This document shows positions 35,980-45,445 of a stretch of DNA of 64,000 nt, piece by piece. Both the position numbers and the translations under genes were made by a program. This stretch comes from Candidatus Bathyarchaeota archaeon (GTDB lineage: Archaea; Thermoproteota; Bathyarchaeia; 40CM-2-53-6), in assembly GCA_005881615.1 (NCBI GenBank), contig VBBR01000032.1:3183-67182 (forward strand). Reading direction: 5' to 3'. The notes under the pieces were generated by a model. The model saw only the letters and a program-made list of their open reading frames with translations. It searched no databases and was not told the DNA's origin. Numbering within the stretch: the first letter of the stretch is position 1; each line of letters begins with the position of its first letter.

Positions 35980-37665
35980 CTAGAACTCTTCGTCGCCGCC
36001 GGGCGGTTTGAAGTCTTTTCCGCCACCGGCACCCTTGTCGACTCCTTTGGACGCGATGACATCGTCTATTCTCAGAATCATCGATGCAGCTTCGGAGGCG
36101 GATTTGATCACCTGCTGCTTGACTCTCAAGGGTTCGAGAACGTTCAGTTTTCGCATATCCTTCACATCACCCGTGAAGACGTCGATTCCGAACCATGGGC
36201 TCCCCGCTCGCTCGTGCTTTGAGCGCAGTTCGACCAAGACATCAATCGGGTCGAAGCCAGCGTTTTCTGCAAGCGTAGTTGGCACGGCTTCGAGTGATTC
36301 CGCGAATGCTTCGATTGCGAGCTGTTCTCTTCCGCCTACTTTTACCGCGTATTCTCGGAGGCGCTTGGCCAACTCTGCCTCAGGCGCTCCTCCCCCAGCA
36401 ACAATCTTGCCGTCTTCTAGAGCGTTTCTCACAACGCATAGCGCGTCGTGAAGTGATCTGTCCGCTTCATCGACTACATGTTCCGTTCCTCCACGAATTA
36501 CAATCGTGACTGCTTTCGGGTTCTTGGAATCGCGAATGTAGAGAAGTTTGTCATCGCCAATCTTGACTTCCTCGATAAGTTTCGCTTCTCCTAATGCGTC
36601 TTTCGCTAGATCTTTGACGCTGGCAACTATTCGTGCGCCTGTAGCCTTGGAAATTTTCTCCATATCGCCGCTGCTGACGTTCTTGACTGCGCCTATTCCT
36701 TTCTTTGCTAGATAGTGTAGTGCAACATCGTCTATTCCTTTCTCGCTAAAGACAATATTCGCGCCGGTTTTTTCGATCTGCGAAACCATGTCAACCAGCA
36801 TTTTCTCTTCTTCTTCAATGAAGAGGTGCATCTGGTCAGGATTGTTGATGTTGATCTTTGCATCGAACTCCGTCTTCTCCACTTCGATCTTGGCGTTGAG
36901 TAGAGCGATTCGCGCGCCTGTTATCGTCTTCGGCATTTGAGCATGGGCGAGTTCTTTGTCGATGACAATTCCCTTGACGAGTTCCGTTTCTTCGAGGCTC
37001 TTGCCATGTTTCTTGAGAATCTTGATCTGATCGATATCAGCCTTGATCTTACCATCGGTTTTCTCAGCAATATGCTTTACAGCTTTGACGGCGATATCCG
37101 AGAAGTGTTCTTTCGCAACCGCAATGCCCTTGCTGTACATCGATGTGGTTGCGACTTGTCGAAGGATCACATCGTCCTTCTCTGAGATAGGGATCGATAA
37201 CTTCTCAAGGATCTCGATCGCTTTCTCTGCCGCCTTCTTGTAACCATCAACAATCACTGTTGGATGGACATCCTTGTCCAACAACTTCTCCGCCTTCTCC
37301 AGAAGTTCGCCAGACAATAGGACGGCAGTCGTAGTTCCGTCGCCAACCTCGTTATCTTGGGTTTTGGATACTTCAACAAGCATTTTCGCGGCTGGATGCT
37401 GCACGTCAAGCTCCTTCATTATCGTCGCCCCATCGTTCGTGATCGTCACGTCGCCGATACTGCTTACCAGCATCTTGTCCATTCCTCGGGGTCCGAGGGT
37501 GGAGCGCACGGTTTCCGCTACAACCTTTGCAGCCGTGATGTTATTCCTCTGAGCTTCCTTACCAGTTGATCGTCCTGTTCCTTCCTTTAGGATATAGACA
37601 GGTACTCCTTGGGATCCTTGTGCAGACATTCTTTCAAGCCTTCTCGAATTGGAATTCGAAAGCAA
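35980..37665 (-). CDS. thermosome subunit (group II chaperonin)
   Basis: 561 aa with the full CCT/thermosome pattern (…GPRGMDKML…, …TITNDGATIL…, …VGDGTTT…, C-terminal GGxxGGxxM-like tail). Confidence 0.95.
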   Translation of the reverse strand: MLSNSNSRRLERMSAQGSQGVPVYILKEGTGRSTGKEAQRNNITAAKVVAETVRSTLGPRGMDKMLVSSIGDVTITNDGATIMKELDVQHPAAKMLVEVSKTQDNEVGDGTTTAVLLSGELLEKAEKLLDKDVHPTVIVDGYKKAAEKAIEILEKLSIPISEKDDVILRQVATTSMYSKGIAVAKEHFSDIAVKAVKHIAEKTDGKIKADIDQIKILKKHGKSLEETELVKGIVIDKELAHAQMPKTITGARIALLNAKIEVEKTEFDAKININNPDQMHLFIEEEEKMLVDMVSQIEKTGANIVFSEKGIDDVALHYLAKKGIGAVKNVSSGDMEKISKATGARIVASVKDLAKDALGEAKLIEEVKIGDDKLLYIRDSKNPKAVTIVIRGGTEHVVDEADRSLHDALCVVRNALEDGKIVAGGGAPEAELAKRLREYAVKVGGREQLAIEAFAESLEAVPTTLAENAGFDPIDVLVELRSKHERAGSPWFGIDVFTGDVKDMRKLNVLEPLRVKQQVIKSASEAASMILRIDDVIASKGVDKGAGGGKDFKPPGGDEEF

Positions 37666-37879
37666 GGGAGAACGGGATTTCTTAAGGTTTACCCGCTTCC
37701 CGACTGGAACCGAGGATTGTTCAGGTCAGAATCTAGACGTGCGTCGTTTCGATAGGAGATTGTTGGTGCTGTTGTTAGGATTGAGAACGTTTTGCCGAGG
37801 TTTGCAACTCAACTAGGACTTGAATGATACAAGACCAGTACCACTTTCTTCTTTCAAGGGGCAAGCCTGAAGGTACCTT

Positions 37880-38311
37880 ATGGCTTCATCGCAGAACCCG
37901 ATGGCATATTTGCTGGAAAATGGCCTTCGGAGAGTCGAAAGCGAGAGGCCCGAACTTTCGAACGACTCTAGGTATCAGGAGCTGAAGGAGCAACTGCTTC
38001 AAGATGCCGAGGGCCATTTCCGGGAGATACAGGCCACCTATGCGACTATTCTGAAGACCCAATGCCATTGCGGGGGCCAATTGGAGCCGGTGGACCACGA
38101 CTTCGGCAAGTCAGGAGGCACAATCTATGACAGCGTTATCGCAAAATGCAAGTCCTGTGGCGAGGCGCAGGCTTTCCAATTTCCTAAAGAGGGATTCATC
38201 TCGGAAGCTCGATCAGCCATGGCATTGAGAGACTATCTTCAAGCTACGTACGCGATCGACTACGCGGGCGCAGTCAGAAGCGATCTTGAGAGTCGTGCCG
38301 TAAGACACTAG
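37880..38311 (+). CDS. hypothetical protein with two CxxC pairs (possible zinc-binding)
   Basis: CHCGG...CKSCGE within a 143-aa ORF. Confidence 0.4.
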   Translation: MASSQNPMAYLLENGLRRVESERPELSNDSRYQELKEQLLQDAEGHFREIQATYATILKTQCHCGGQLEPVDHDFGKSGGTIYDSVIAKCKSCGEAQAFQFPKEGFISEARSAMALRDYLQATYAIDYAGAVRSDLESRAVRH

Positions 38312-38335
38312 AGTCTTCAGGTCCCCGTCCGCAAC

Positions 38336-38899
38336 CTAAGTGCCAACGGTTTTCTCGTACATTTTCCGGAATGTCCATCTGACAGCGTTCTTAATCTCGC
38401 TAAGACGAGTCTCGTCCCCATAGTTCTTGACGCGCAGCTGTTTCAGAAGGTTGCCCTCCTGATCGAGATCAAAAGACAACACTCGATCCGGGGATAATCC
38501 GCCCTTTCGTACAGCTTCTTCGTCTTTCTTCTGCATTGGCTCAAGCACCTTTCCGAGAAGGAAAGGCCGGAACGGCGGAGTATTGGTGTCGAACTTCATG
38601 CCTTCACCTAGTACGACGCGTAGGTTTGGGCCGTCAACGTGCATGTCAGCTAAAACCACTCCGCTGATCGTTCTAATGCTCTGCGGAGGAGCCTCCTGTT
38701 TCTTTGTGTCCTGCGCCAGAGTTTTCGGAACCTCAACTCTTCGATAGCTTCGCTCAGTGAGTAGGAGATCTATTACTTCTAGGAAGGATCTCAGTGTTCT
38801 GATCTCTTCCTCATCTTCTAGAACTTTCTTTTCGAGGTAAGCTTTCAGCTCGGCAAGCTTCTTTGTCGACCGTTCTCTCAGCTCTGACATAATCGTCAC
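38336..38899 (-). CDS. hypothetical protein
   Basis: 187 aa with an N-terminal charged/coiled segment; no family recognised. Confidence 0.45.
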   Translation of the reverse strand: MTIMSELRERSTKKLAELKAYLEKKVLEDEEEIRTLRSFLEVIDLLLTERSYRRVEVPKTLAQDTKKQEAPPQSIRTISGVVLADMHVDGPNLRVVLGEGMKFDTNTPPFRPFLLGKVLEPMQKKDEEAVRKGGLSPDRVLSFDLDQEGNLLKQLRVKNYGDETRLSEIKNAVRWTFRKMYEKTVGT

Positions 38900-38955
38900 A
38901 TGGTTGGTCGTATTGGGATTCTTAAATAATCCGAAGGCTGGTCAAACGTTGAGTT

Positions 38956-40275
38956 TTGCGGGGTCTAGAAATGCAGTACGTCGCCGCGGTAAAGGAAGTT
39001 CTGCAAGGAACCTTCGACTCAAAGCAAGTTCTCGTCCGTGGATGGCTGCAGAACAAGCGGACGGGCGGCGGAATAATCTTCCTCCTATTGCGCGATGGCT
39101 CAGGGGTTATCCAGTGTACCCTGCGAAAAGGGAAGGTCGACGAGAAGATTTTCGACGAGTTCCAGTCTGCTCGGATCGAGTCCAGTGTTGAGTTGAGAGG
39201 CGACGTTAGGCCTGATCCTCGAGCGCCTGGTGGGAGAGAGCTTCAAGTGGTTGAGGGGCGCGTCGTGCATCCTGCCCTTGAAGAGTTTCCGATTGCGAAG
39301 CAATTCCATGGTCCCGAGTTCCTCTTGGACAAGAGGCACCTGTTTGTCCGGAGCGACAAGATGCGCTCGACCCTCAGAGTTCGCGCGGTCGTTCTCTCGG
39401 CGGTGCGGGAATGGTTTGACAAGCACAGTTTCACAGAAGTTCACGTTCCAACCCTGACATCGGCCGCGGTCGAGGGCGGCGCGACCCTGTTCGAGGTGAA
39501 ATATTTTGATCAAAAAGCGTACTTGACGCAGAGTTGGCAGTTGTATGCTGAAGCGTTGATCGCTAGCATTGGCAACATCTACACTGTCGCTCCATCCTTC
39601 AGAGCCGAGAAATCTCGGACTAGGAGGCACTTGACAGAGTACTGGCACGTGGAGGCTGAGGCGCCTTGGTGTGACCTGAACTGTATAATCGGGGTGGAGG
39701 AGCAATTGTTGAGCCACATCGTAGCGACTTTGGTGGAAAAATGCAAGACCGAACTGGCACTGTTCGAGCGGAAACTGGAGGATTTGGAGAAGGTGAAGCC
39801 GCCGTTTGAGAGAGTCACATACGACCAGGCGTTCAAGATGATCGGAGAAGAAGAATCGGGAATAAAATGGGGCGACGATCTCGGGTACGAGCAGGAGAAA
39901 ATCCTGACTGCGAAATTTGATCGGCCTTTCTTCGTCACTCATTATCCCAAAAAAGCGAAGGCGTTCTATCACATGCCTGATCCGTCGAATCCAGAGGTGA
40001 CCTTGTCTGTGGACTGTTTGGCTCCTGAAGGTTACGGGGAAATTACAGGTGGAGGACAGAGGATTGAGGAATATGATGCGCTGCTGGCGAGGATTCGCGA
40101 AGAGGGATTAGACCCGAAAAGCTACGAATGGTATTTGGATCTGAGAAAGTTCGGCAGCGTCACCCATTCAGGCTTTGGACTTGGACTTGAACGGGTTGTT
40201 TCTTGGGTCTGCAATCTCGACCACATACGAGACGCAATAGCGTTTCCTCGGCTTATCAACCGAATCTACCCATAA
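38956..40275 (+). CDS. class IIb aminoacyl-tRNA synthetase, asparaginyl-tRNA synthetase-like (AsnRS/AspRS)
   Basis: N-terminal OB fold, motif 2 FRAEKSRTRRHLTEYWHVEAE (closest to the AsnRS pattern FRAE-x-S-x-T-x-RHL-x-EFW), motif 3 GGGQRIEEY...GFGLGLER. 439 aa. Confidence 0.85.
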   Translation: MRGLEMQYVAAVKEVLQGTFDSKQVLVRGWLQNKRTGGGIIFLLLRDGSGVIQCTLRKGKVDEKIFDEFQSARIESSVELRGDVRPDPRAPGGRELQVVEGRVVHPALEEFPIAKQFHGPEFLLDKRHLFVRSDKMRSTLRVRAVVLSAVREWFDKHSFTEVHVPTLTSAAVEGGATLFEVKYFDQKAYLTQSWQLYAEALIASIGNIYTVAPSFRAEKSRTRRHLTEYWHVEAEAPWCDLNCIIGVEEQLLSHIVATLVEKCKTELALFERKLEDLEKVKPPFERVTYDQAFKMIGEEESGIKWGDDLGYEQEKILTAKFDRPFFVTHYPKKAKAFYHMPDPSNPEVTLSVDCLAPEGYGEITGGGQRIEEYDALLARIREEGLDPKSYEWYLDLRKFGSVTHSGFGLGLERVVSWVCNLDHIRDAIAFPRLINRIYP

Positions 40276-40415
40276 AGCCAAGAGCGTCTCGCCCGAGTCA
40301 CGTGTCTCACCACAGTCTCCGACCTGTACAAGGGCTCAAATCGTCCCTAGATGAAGGTCCGCCGAAATGCTATCCTGTCATGACTTGATCACTTTCGAAG
40401 GGGTCTGAGGGAACC

Positions 40416-40474
40416 CTCGTGCCGCGCAATCAGACGGCATCCCCGAATCGCGATCAAGGCTGATTATGGGCGAT
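40416..40474 (-). repeat. 59-bp element, copy 2 (inverted) of the pair with 35634-35692
   Basis: ctcgtgccgcgcaatcagacggcatccccgaatcgcgatcaaggctgattatgggcgat is the reverse complement of copy 1 with a single mismatch. Lies in the convergent gap between the AsnRS-like gene and the dehydrogenase gene, overlapping the latter's last codons. Confidence 0.75.
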
Positions 40475-41456
40475 TCTTGGATCCAGCGTTGTCGAGGAGC
40501 TGCGGTTTTGCTATTCGGGCAGCGGTTTTCTGTGCTTCGGAGACTATCTTCTGCGCAAGCTCCACGCTCTCTCGGCGCTGTGCTTGAAGGGTTTGGGCAC
40601 CTATATGGCAGGTTGCCACAGTGACCCCGTTTGGGAACAATACTATGGCCTTTTCCCATTCGTCGACTGGAGGTTCAAGGTGGAAGACATCTAGCCCAGC
40701 ACCGGCTAGCTGGCCTTGCCGAAGCAGTTCCAGGAGGCTGGGACCATCAACAATGTCCCCTCTCGAAGTGTTGATCAAGTAGGAACCTCTCCTCATCATC
40801 GCTAGCCGTTTACCGTCTAGAAGATGGTGAGTCTGAGGAGTGTACGGAACATGGATCGTAACAATCTCGGATTTTTGCAGGAGTTCTTCGATGGATTCGG
40901 TGAAGTCGTAGCTGAGTCCAGGAACCCCGCGGGGCTTGATCACATCGTAACCAAGGACCTCCGCCTGGAAGCCCACTGAAAGAATCCTTGACACCTCATT
41001 TCCTATCCGGCCCGCGCGTCCGATGACCCCGACTTTTTTTCCCTGCAGCTCTTCTCCCATCAGCTGGTTCTTGATCCAGCGACCGGCCTTCATCTCGCGA
41101 TCTGCTAGGGGAATCCTTCGCAGCAACGACAAGATCAGACCAACTGTTAGCTCTGCAACGCTGGTCGAAGGTGCGGCTGGAGTGTTCCAGACCTGTATTC
41201 CTGCGGCCTTCGCTGCCTCGACATCTATGTTGTCGAGTCCTACTCCAGCTCTTCCGATGATCTTGAGATTTCTCGCTGCCTCGATCGTATTGGCATTGAG
41301 CTTCGTTCGGCCGCGAACAATTGCGATCTCGTAATTCGGGATAACTTCTGCCAGTCTTGCCTTGTCGATGCTCGCCTGATCGTCAACCTGGAAGCCTCCT
41401 GCTCGGAGAATCGCCAATCCATCAGAGTGAATAGGATCGCAAACGAGAACTCGCAA
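40464..41456 (-). CDS. D-isomer-specific 2-hydroxyacid dehydrogenase (D-3-phosphoglycerate dehydrogenase-like)
   Basis: NAD-binding GVIGRAGRIGNEV, catalytic R/E/H arrangement, 330 aa. Confidence 0.8.
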   Translation of the reverse strand: MRVLVCDPIHSDGLAILRAGGFQVDDQASIDKARLAEVIPNYEIAIVRGRTKLNANTIEAARNLKIIGRAGVGLDNIDVEAAKAAGIQVWNTPAAPSTSVAELTVGLILSLLRRIPLADREMKAGRWIKNQLMGEELQGKKVGVIGRAGRIGNEVSRILSVGFQAEVLGYDVIKPRGVPGLSYDFTESIEELLQKSEIVTIHVPYTPQTHHLLDGKRLAMMRRGSYLINTSRGDIVDGPSLLELLRQGQLAGAGLDVFHLEPPVDEWEKAIVLFPNGVTVATCHIGAQTLQAQRRESVELAQKIVSEAQKTAARIAKPQLLDNAGSKNRP

Positions 41457-41460
41457 TTCC

Positions 41461-42861
41461 CTAGTTCTCCACCGTCGTAACTGGACGGGACTTTGCTTGA
41501 GAAGCTTGAAGCTTCCGCAACAATGCCTGGGCCGCGATCGTCACTGGATCCCAGACTGGAGCTAGTGGCGGGGAGTAGCAAGTCTCTACCTGCTCGAATT
41601 CCTCTACGGTCAGTCCTAAGTGTCCGGCCATTGATGCGAAGTTGGCTCTCAAGGTGCCTCCCTCCTCACCTACAAGCTGAGCCCCTAACAACCGGCCATC
41701 CTTCAGGTCTGCCAGAAGCTTGACAGTAAGATCTTTGCCTCCAGGGTAGTATGGAAGCCGAGTAGACCCGGTCACCCTAACAGATATTGAGTGTATTCCC
41801 AATTTTTCCAAAAGTGCTGTCGTGGGTCCGAAGGAAGCTATCTCTAGGCCAAACAATTTGACAGTCGTCACGCCCGTCGAGCCGGGATACTTTGCACTGC
41901 CTCCCGCCGCATTGATCCCAGCGACCAAAGCTTGTCTGACCGCTGTCGTGGAAAGCTGAAAGAAGACATGTCGACGGGTTATTAGATCGTAGGTTTCTAT
42001 GCAGTCGCCCGCGGCATATACGTTCGGTGCAGAGGTCGCCATTCGCTCGTCTGTTTTGATTCCTCCTGATTCTCCGAGAATAATTCTGGCTTGTTTGGCC
42101 AACTCGGTGTTTGGCTTCACTCTGACTGCTACGATAACAGCATCGACTGGATGCTCTTTTCCGGGTAGGCGAACTCCAGAGACCCGACCGTTCCGGCCTA
42201 TTATTGCCTCTAGGGTCGATTGAAGATGGTACTCAACGCCATGTTCCTCAGCGCGTGTTCTGACGATCGAAGCCATGTCGGGGTCGAGTATTGCAGGGAG
42301 AATTTCTGGGACAATTTCTGCCTCGAGAACAGCTATGCCCTGGTGAAGCAGTGCTTCGGCCATTTCAGAACCTGTAAGTCCTGCTCCCACGATTGCTACT
42401 CGTTTAGCGTTGTTTTCAGCGAGATGATTTGTCAGTCTCTCAATGTCACTCAACGTCCGGACGGTGAATACTCCCTTGAGGTTGGATCCGGGGACTGATA
42501 CTGTGCTGGGCCGCGCCCCCGTCGTGACAATTAGCGTATCATACTCGATAGTCTCGGTTGAGTCGTCATTAGTCCTGATGGCTTCTAGGCTTCGCTTCTC
42601 CGTGTTGATGCTTGTGGCTTTCCAGCCGAGGCGGAGGTCTATCCGGTTCATCTGCTCATAGAAGGCTTCGTCATGTCCTATCAATGCTTCAAGGTTTGGC
42701 ACGACATGGCTGAAGGCATAGGGGAGGCCGCACCTGGAGTATTCGGGCAATTCCTCATCGCCTAGAAGAACGATCTGTGCAGTTCTGTCTGTTTTTCGTG
42801 CGTGAAACGCGGCAGTTGTACCAGAGACTCCGCAACCGATGATCACAATACGCCGGGGCAT
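41461..42861 (-). CDS. FAD-dependent pyridine nucleotide-disulfide oxidoreductase (NADH oxidase / CoA-disulfide reductase family)
   Basis: RIVIIGCGVSGTTAA (FAD GxGxxG), single redox Cys in YSRCGLPY, second dinucleotide-binding motif IVGAGLTG. Confidence 0.8.
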   Translation of the reverse strand: MPRRIVIIGCGVSGTTAAFHARKTDRTAQIVLLGDEELPEYSRCGLPYAFSHVVPNLEALIGHDEAFYEQMNRIDLRLGWKATSINTEKRSLEAIRTNDDSTETIEYDTLIVTTGARPSTVSVPGSNLKGVFTVRTLSDIERLTNHLAENNAKRVAIVGAGLTGSEMAEALLHQGIAVLEAEIVPEILPAILDPDMASIVRTRAEEHGVEYHLQSTLEAIIGRNGRVSGVRLPGKEHPVDAVIVAVRVKPNTELAKQARIILGESGGIKTDERMATSAPNVYAAGDCIETYDLITRRHVFFQLSTTAVRQALVAGINAAGGSAKYPGSTGVTTVKLFGLEIASFGPTTALLEKLGIHSISVRVTGSTRLPYYPGGKDLTVKLLADLKDGRLLGAQLVGEEGGTLRANFASMAGHLGLTVEEFEQVETCYSPPLAPVWDPVTIAAQALLRKLQASQAKSRPVTTVEN

Positions 42862-42918
42862 GGCGCTTCATGATTTCCTTCGTCCGATAACGGTTTCCTT
42901 AGCGCGGGGGAAGCCGGT

Positions 42919-43764
42919 TTGTGGGCAAGGGTTAGTTTAAAGTGGGGAAGAACGGATTTTGAGCTTAGAGAATCTATGAAAGCTAACATGAGCAATTTTC
43001 TGAGAGACGGAAAAGGGATGCTGCTCGCATATGATCAGGGTTTCGAACACGGACCCTCGGCGGACTTTAACGATAAGAACATCGATCCAAACTACATCCT
43101 CGACATCGCTGCAAAGGGAGATTTTACTGGACTAGTTCTCCACAAGGGCATTGCCGAAAAATACTATACAGGAAAAATCCCGCTCATCGTAAAGCTCAAT
43201 GGAAAGACCAGTCTGTCCAAGGGCGAACCTGTCTCGACCCAAGTTTGTAGCGTGGAAGAGGCGGTCAGCTTGGGAGCGAAGGGCGTGGGATACACCATCT
43301 ATCTGGGGAGCGCTCATGAGAGCCTGATGCTACAAGAGTTTGGCGAGATTCAGGAGGAAGCCCACGACGACGGGATTCCGGCTATCGCCTGGATCTATCC
43401 GAGGGGTGAGTCTGTGAAAAACGATACCAGCCCGGAAATAGTGTCGTACGCTGCGCGGGCCGGCCTTGAGGTCGGTGCTGATGCTGTCAAGATCAAGTAC
43501 TCTGGGTCGCCTGAGACGTTCAGCTGGGCGGTTAAGGCGGCTGGGTTGATCAAAGTATTCATGTCGGGTGGACCTAAAGCTCCAACCGACGAGACATTCC
43601 TCAGCCAGGTTAAAGGAGCGATGGACGGCGGGGCCGCCGGTCTAGCGGTCGGGCGAAACGTCTGGCAGCACCAAGAACCGCTCAAGATGGCGTCGGCTCT
43701 GAAAGAGATCATCTTTAACGGTCGCGAAGTCGATAAGGCCTTACAGCTTGTAGTAGCGCAGTAG
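42919..43764 (+). CDS. archaeal-type class I aldolase (DhnA/FbaB family; FBP aldolase or ADH synthase)
   Basis: LLAYDQGFEHGP...IKYSG... pattern of the DhnA family with the Schiff-base lysine region. Adjacent fbp/tpiA favours FBP aldolase. Confidence 0.7.
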   Translation: MWARVSLKWGRTDFELRESMKANMSNFLRDGKGMLLAYDQGFEHGPSADFNDKNIDPNYILDIAAKGDFTGLVLHKGIAEKYYTGKIPLIVKLNGKTSLSKGEPVSTQVCSVEEAVSLGAKGVGYTIYLGSAHESLMLQEFGEIQEEAHDDGIPAIAWIYPRGESVKNDTSPEIVSYAARAGLEVGADAVKIKYSGSPETFSWAVKAAGLIKVFMSGGPKAPTDETFLSQVKGAMDGGAAGLAVGRNVWQHQEPLKMASALKEIIFNGREVDKALQLVVAQ

Positions 43765-43776
43765 AGTAGGTTCTCG

Positions 43777-44697
43777 ATGGCGGCACGGAAACTCCGCGAG
43801 CTTCTTGAAACCGAGGACCGGAGTCTTGGCAAGCTTGTAGAGCTTCTTGCTGAACTCTCCCTTAGGATCGTGCGGGAGATTCCTCGAACCCTGGGAATGA
43901 CCGAGGGGGTGAATATTTACGGGGATAGACAGACAGAGCTTGATGTCTGGTCTAATGGGCTTCTGACCAAGAGGTTGCTTAGAAGCGGGCTGGTTCGACA
44001 GGTGGCCTCCGAAGAGATGGAGACGGTAATGAACGCCGATCATGGCGAGTATACTGTTGCGCTAGACCCGCTAGACGGCTCCTCGAACATCAAGACGAAC
44101 AATCTCATGGGCACAATTATTGGAATCTATCATGACGAGTCTCTTCCAGCAACCGGCCGCGACCTATTGTCTGCCCTCTATTTCCTCTACGGACCCTACG
44201 TTGAAGCGGTCGTAGGAACAAAGACCGGTGTATATCTCGCCGCCCCAGCAGGGAGGGGAATTGGGGCATCCAAATTCATCTCAACTGGAGAGCCGCACCG
44301 TCTGCCCCAGAAAGGCTCGATCTACGGGATCGGGGGATCGCGGGACAATTGGACACCAAGGGTTCGTGAATTCGCTGACAAGCTTGAGAAGAGGAAACTC
44401 AAGTTCCGATATGGTGGCTCTTTCGTGGGTGATTATAATCAAGTGCTTTGTAGCGGCGGGTTCTTCGCCTATCCCGATTTACTCGACGCCCCTGATGGAA
44501 AATATCGATTACAGTTCGAGTCGAATCCGATGGGGTACATCACCGAGAAGGCCGGTGGAAAGGCCAGCACTGGAAAAGGGAGAATACTAGATGTTGAACC
44601 TGTCAGTATATCCCAACGTGTTCCTACTTATTTGGGCAACAAGGAGTTGGTTTCTGAGTTTGAAGAGCGCTCCGGCATGAGTGCTGGTTTTTCCTAG
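43777..44697 (+). CDS. fbp: fructose-1,6-bisphosphatase, class 1 (FIG-superfamily, bacterial/eukaryal type)
   Basis: VASEEME...VALDPLDGSSNIKTNNLMGTIIGIY is the class I FBPase metal-binding signature. Confidence 0.75.
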   Translation: MAARKLRELLETEDRSLGKLVELLAELSLRIVREIPRTLGMTEGVNIYGDRQTELDVWSNGLLTKRLLRSGLVRQVASEEMETVMNADHGEYTVALDPLDGSSNIKTNNLMGTIIGIYHDESLPATGRDLLSALYFLYGPYVEAVVGTKTGVYLAAPAGRGIGASKFISTGEPHRLPQKGSIYGIGGSRDNWTPRVREFADKLEKRKLKFRYGGSFVGDYNQVLCSGGFFAYPDLLDAPDGKYRLQFESNPMGYITEKAGGKASTGKGRILDVEPVSISQRVPTYLGNKELVSEFEERSGMSAGFS

Positions 44698-44709
44698 GAA
44701 AGCCAGGGG

Positions 44710-45408
44710 ATGAATCGAATAAAACGAATCCGAACCCCGCTGATACTTGTGAACTTCAAAACCTACATTGAGGCGACCGGAAAGAGGGGTGTTGAGCTAG
44801 CGAAAATCGCTGATCAGGTTTCGAGAGATAGCGGAGTGACCATTGCAGTTGCGCCACAGTTCACTGACTTGAAGACCGTAACTGAGGCTGTCGAGATACC
44901 TGTTTTCAGCCAACACATAGATCCTATCAAGCCTGGTGCCTATACGGGTCATGTCTTGGCCGAGGCGGTCAAGGCCGCAGGCGCATCGGCAACGCTTCTG
45001 AATCACTCTGAGAGGCGAATCAGGATATCAGACATTGAGGAGGTTCTCTCCTTTGCAAGAGTCTCTGACCTTGCCACTCTGGTATGCACTGACACCCCCG
45101 GTGTAAGCGCAGCGGTTGCTTCACTCAACCCCGACATTATCGCTATTGAACCTCCAGACCTCATAGGAACTGGGGTTGCTGTTTCGAAAGCTCGGCCGGA
45201 GCTAATCACGAATGCGATTAAACGGATTAGGTCAATCAATAACTCCGTCGACATTCTGTGTGGTGCAGGGGTAAGCACGGCAGTGGATGTCGGCAAAGCA
45301 CTTGAGCTTGGAACCCGTGGTGTGCTCGTCTCAAGTAGTGTCGTAAAAGGAACGAATCCGGGCCAGCTATTGGAGAACATGACCGACGAAGTCCTCAGGT
45401 CCAAGTAA
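44710..45408 (+). CDS. tpiA: triosephosphate isomerase (archaeal short type)
   Basis: LILVNFKTY...NHSERR...IAIEPPDLIGTG... matches archaeal TIM (~230 aa). Confidence 0.85.
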   Translation: MNRIKRIRTPLILVNFKTYIEATGKRGVELAKIADQVSRDSGVTIAVAPQFTDLKTVTEAVEIPVFSQHIDPIKPGAYTGHVLAEAVKAAGASATLLNHSERRIRISDIEEVLSFARVSDLATLVCTDTPGVSAAVASLNPDIIAIEPPDLIGTGVAVSKARPELITNAIKRIRSINNSVDILCGAGVSTAVDVGKALELGTRGVLVSSSVVKGTNPGQLLENMTDEVLRSK

Positions 45409-45445
45409 GGGTTCTTCATGGTTAGTGGCTAAATAGAAGCGAAGA

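Noticed and set aside
35600-35980. Possible CRISPR array (short recurring motifs)
   Set aside because: Repeats are degenerate, irregularly spaced, only 2 copies each, and there are no cas genes nearby.
35619-36062. 147-aa minus-strand ORF spanning the intergenic repeat region and the thermosome 3' end
   Set aside because: Low-complexity Ser/Arg-rich translation that overlaps the 59-bp inverted repeat and the thermosome stop. The inverted copy at 40378..40659 yields an unrelated ORF, so the conserved unit is the DNA/RNA element, not a protein.
36008-37569. Plus-strand ORFs within the thermosome gene (36008..36451, 36279..36509, 36937..37185, 37043..37243, 37274..37552, 37357..37569)
   Set aside because: Antisense shadows of a highly conserved 561-aa chaperonin gene.
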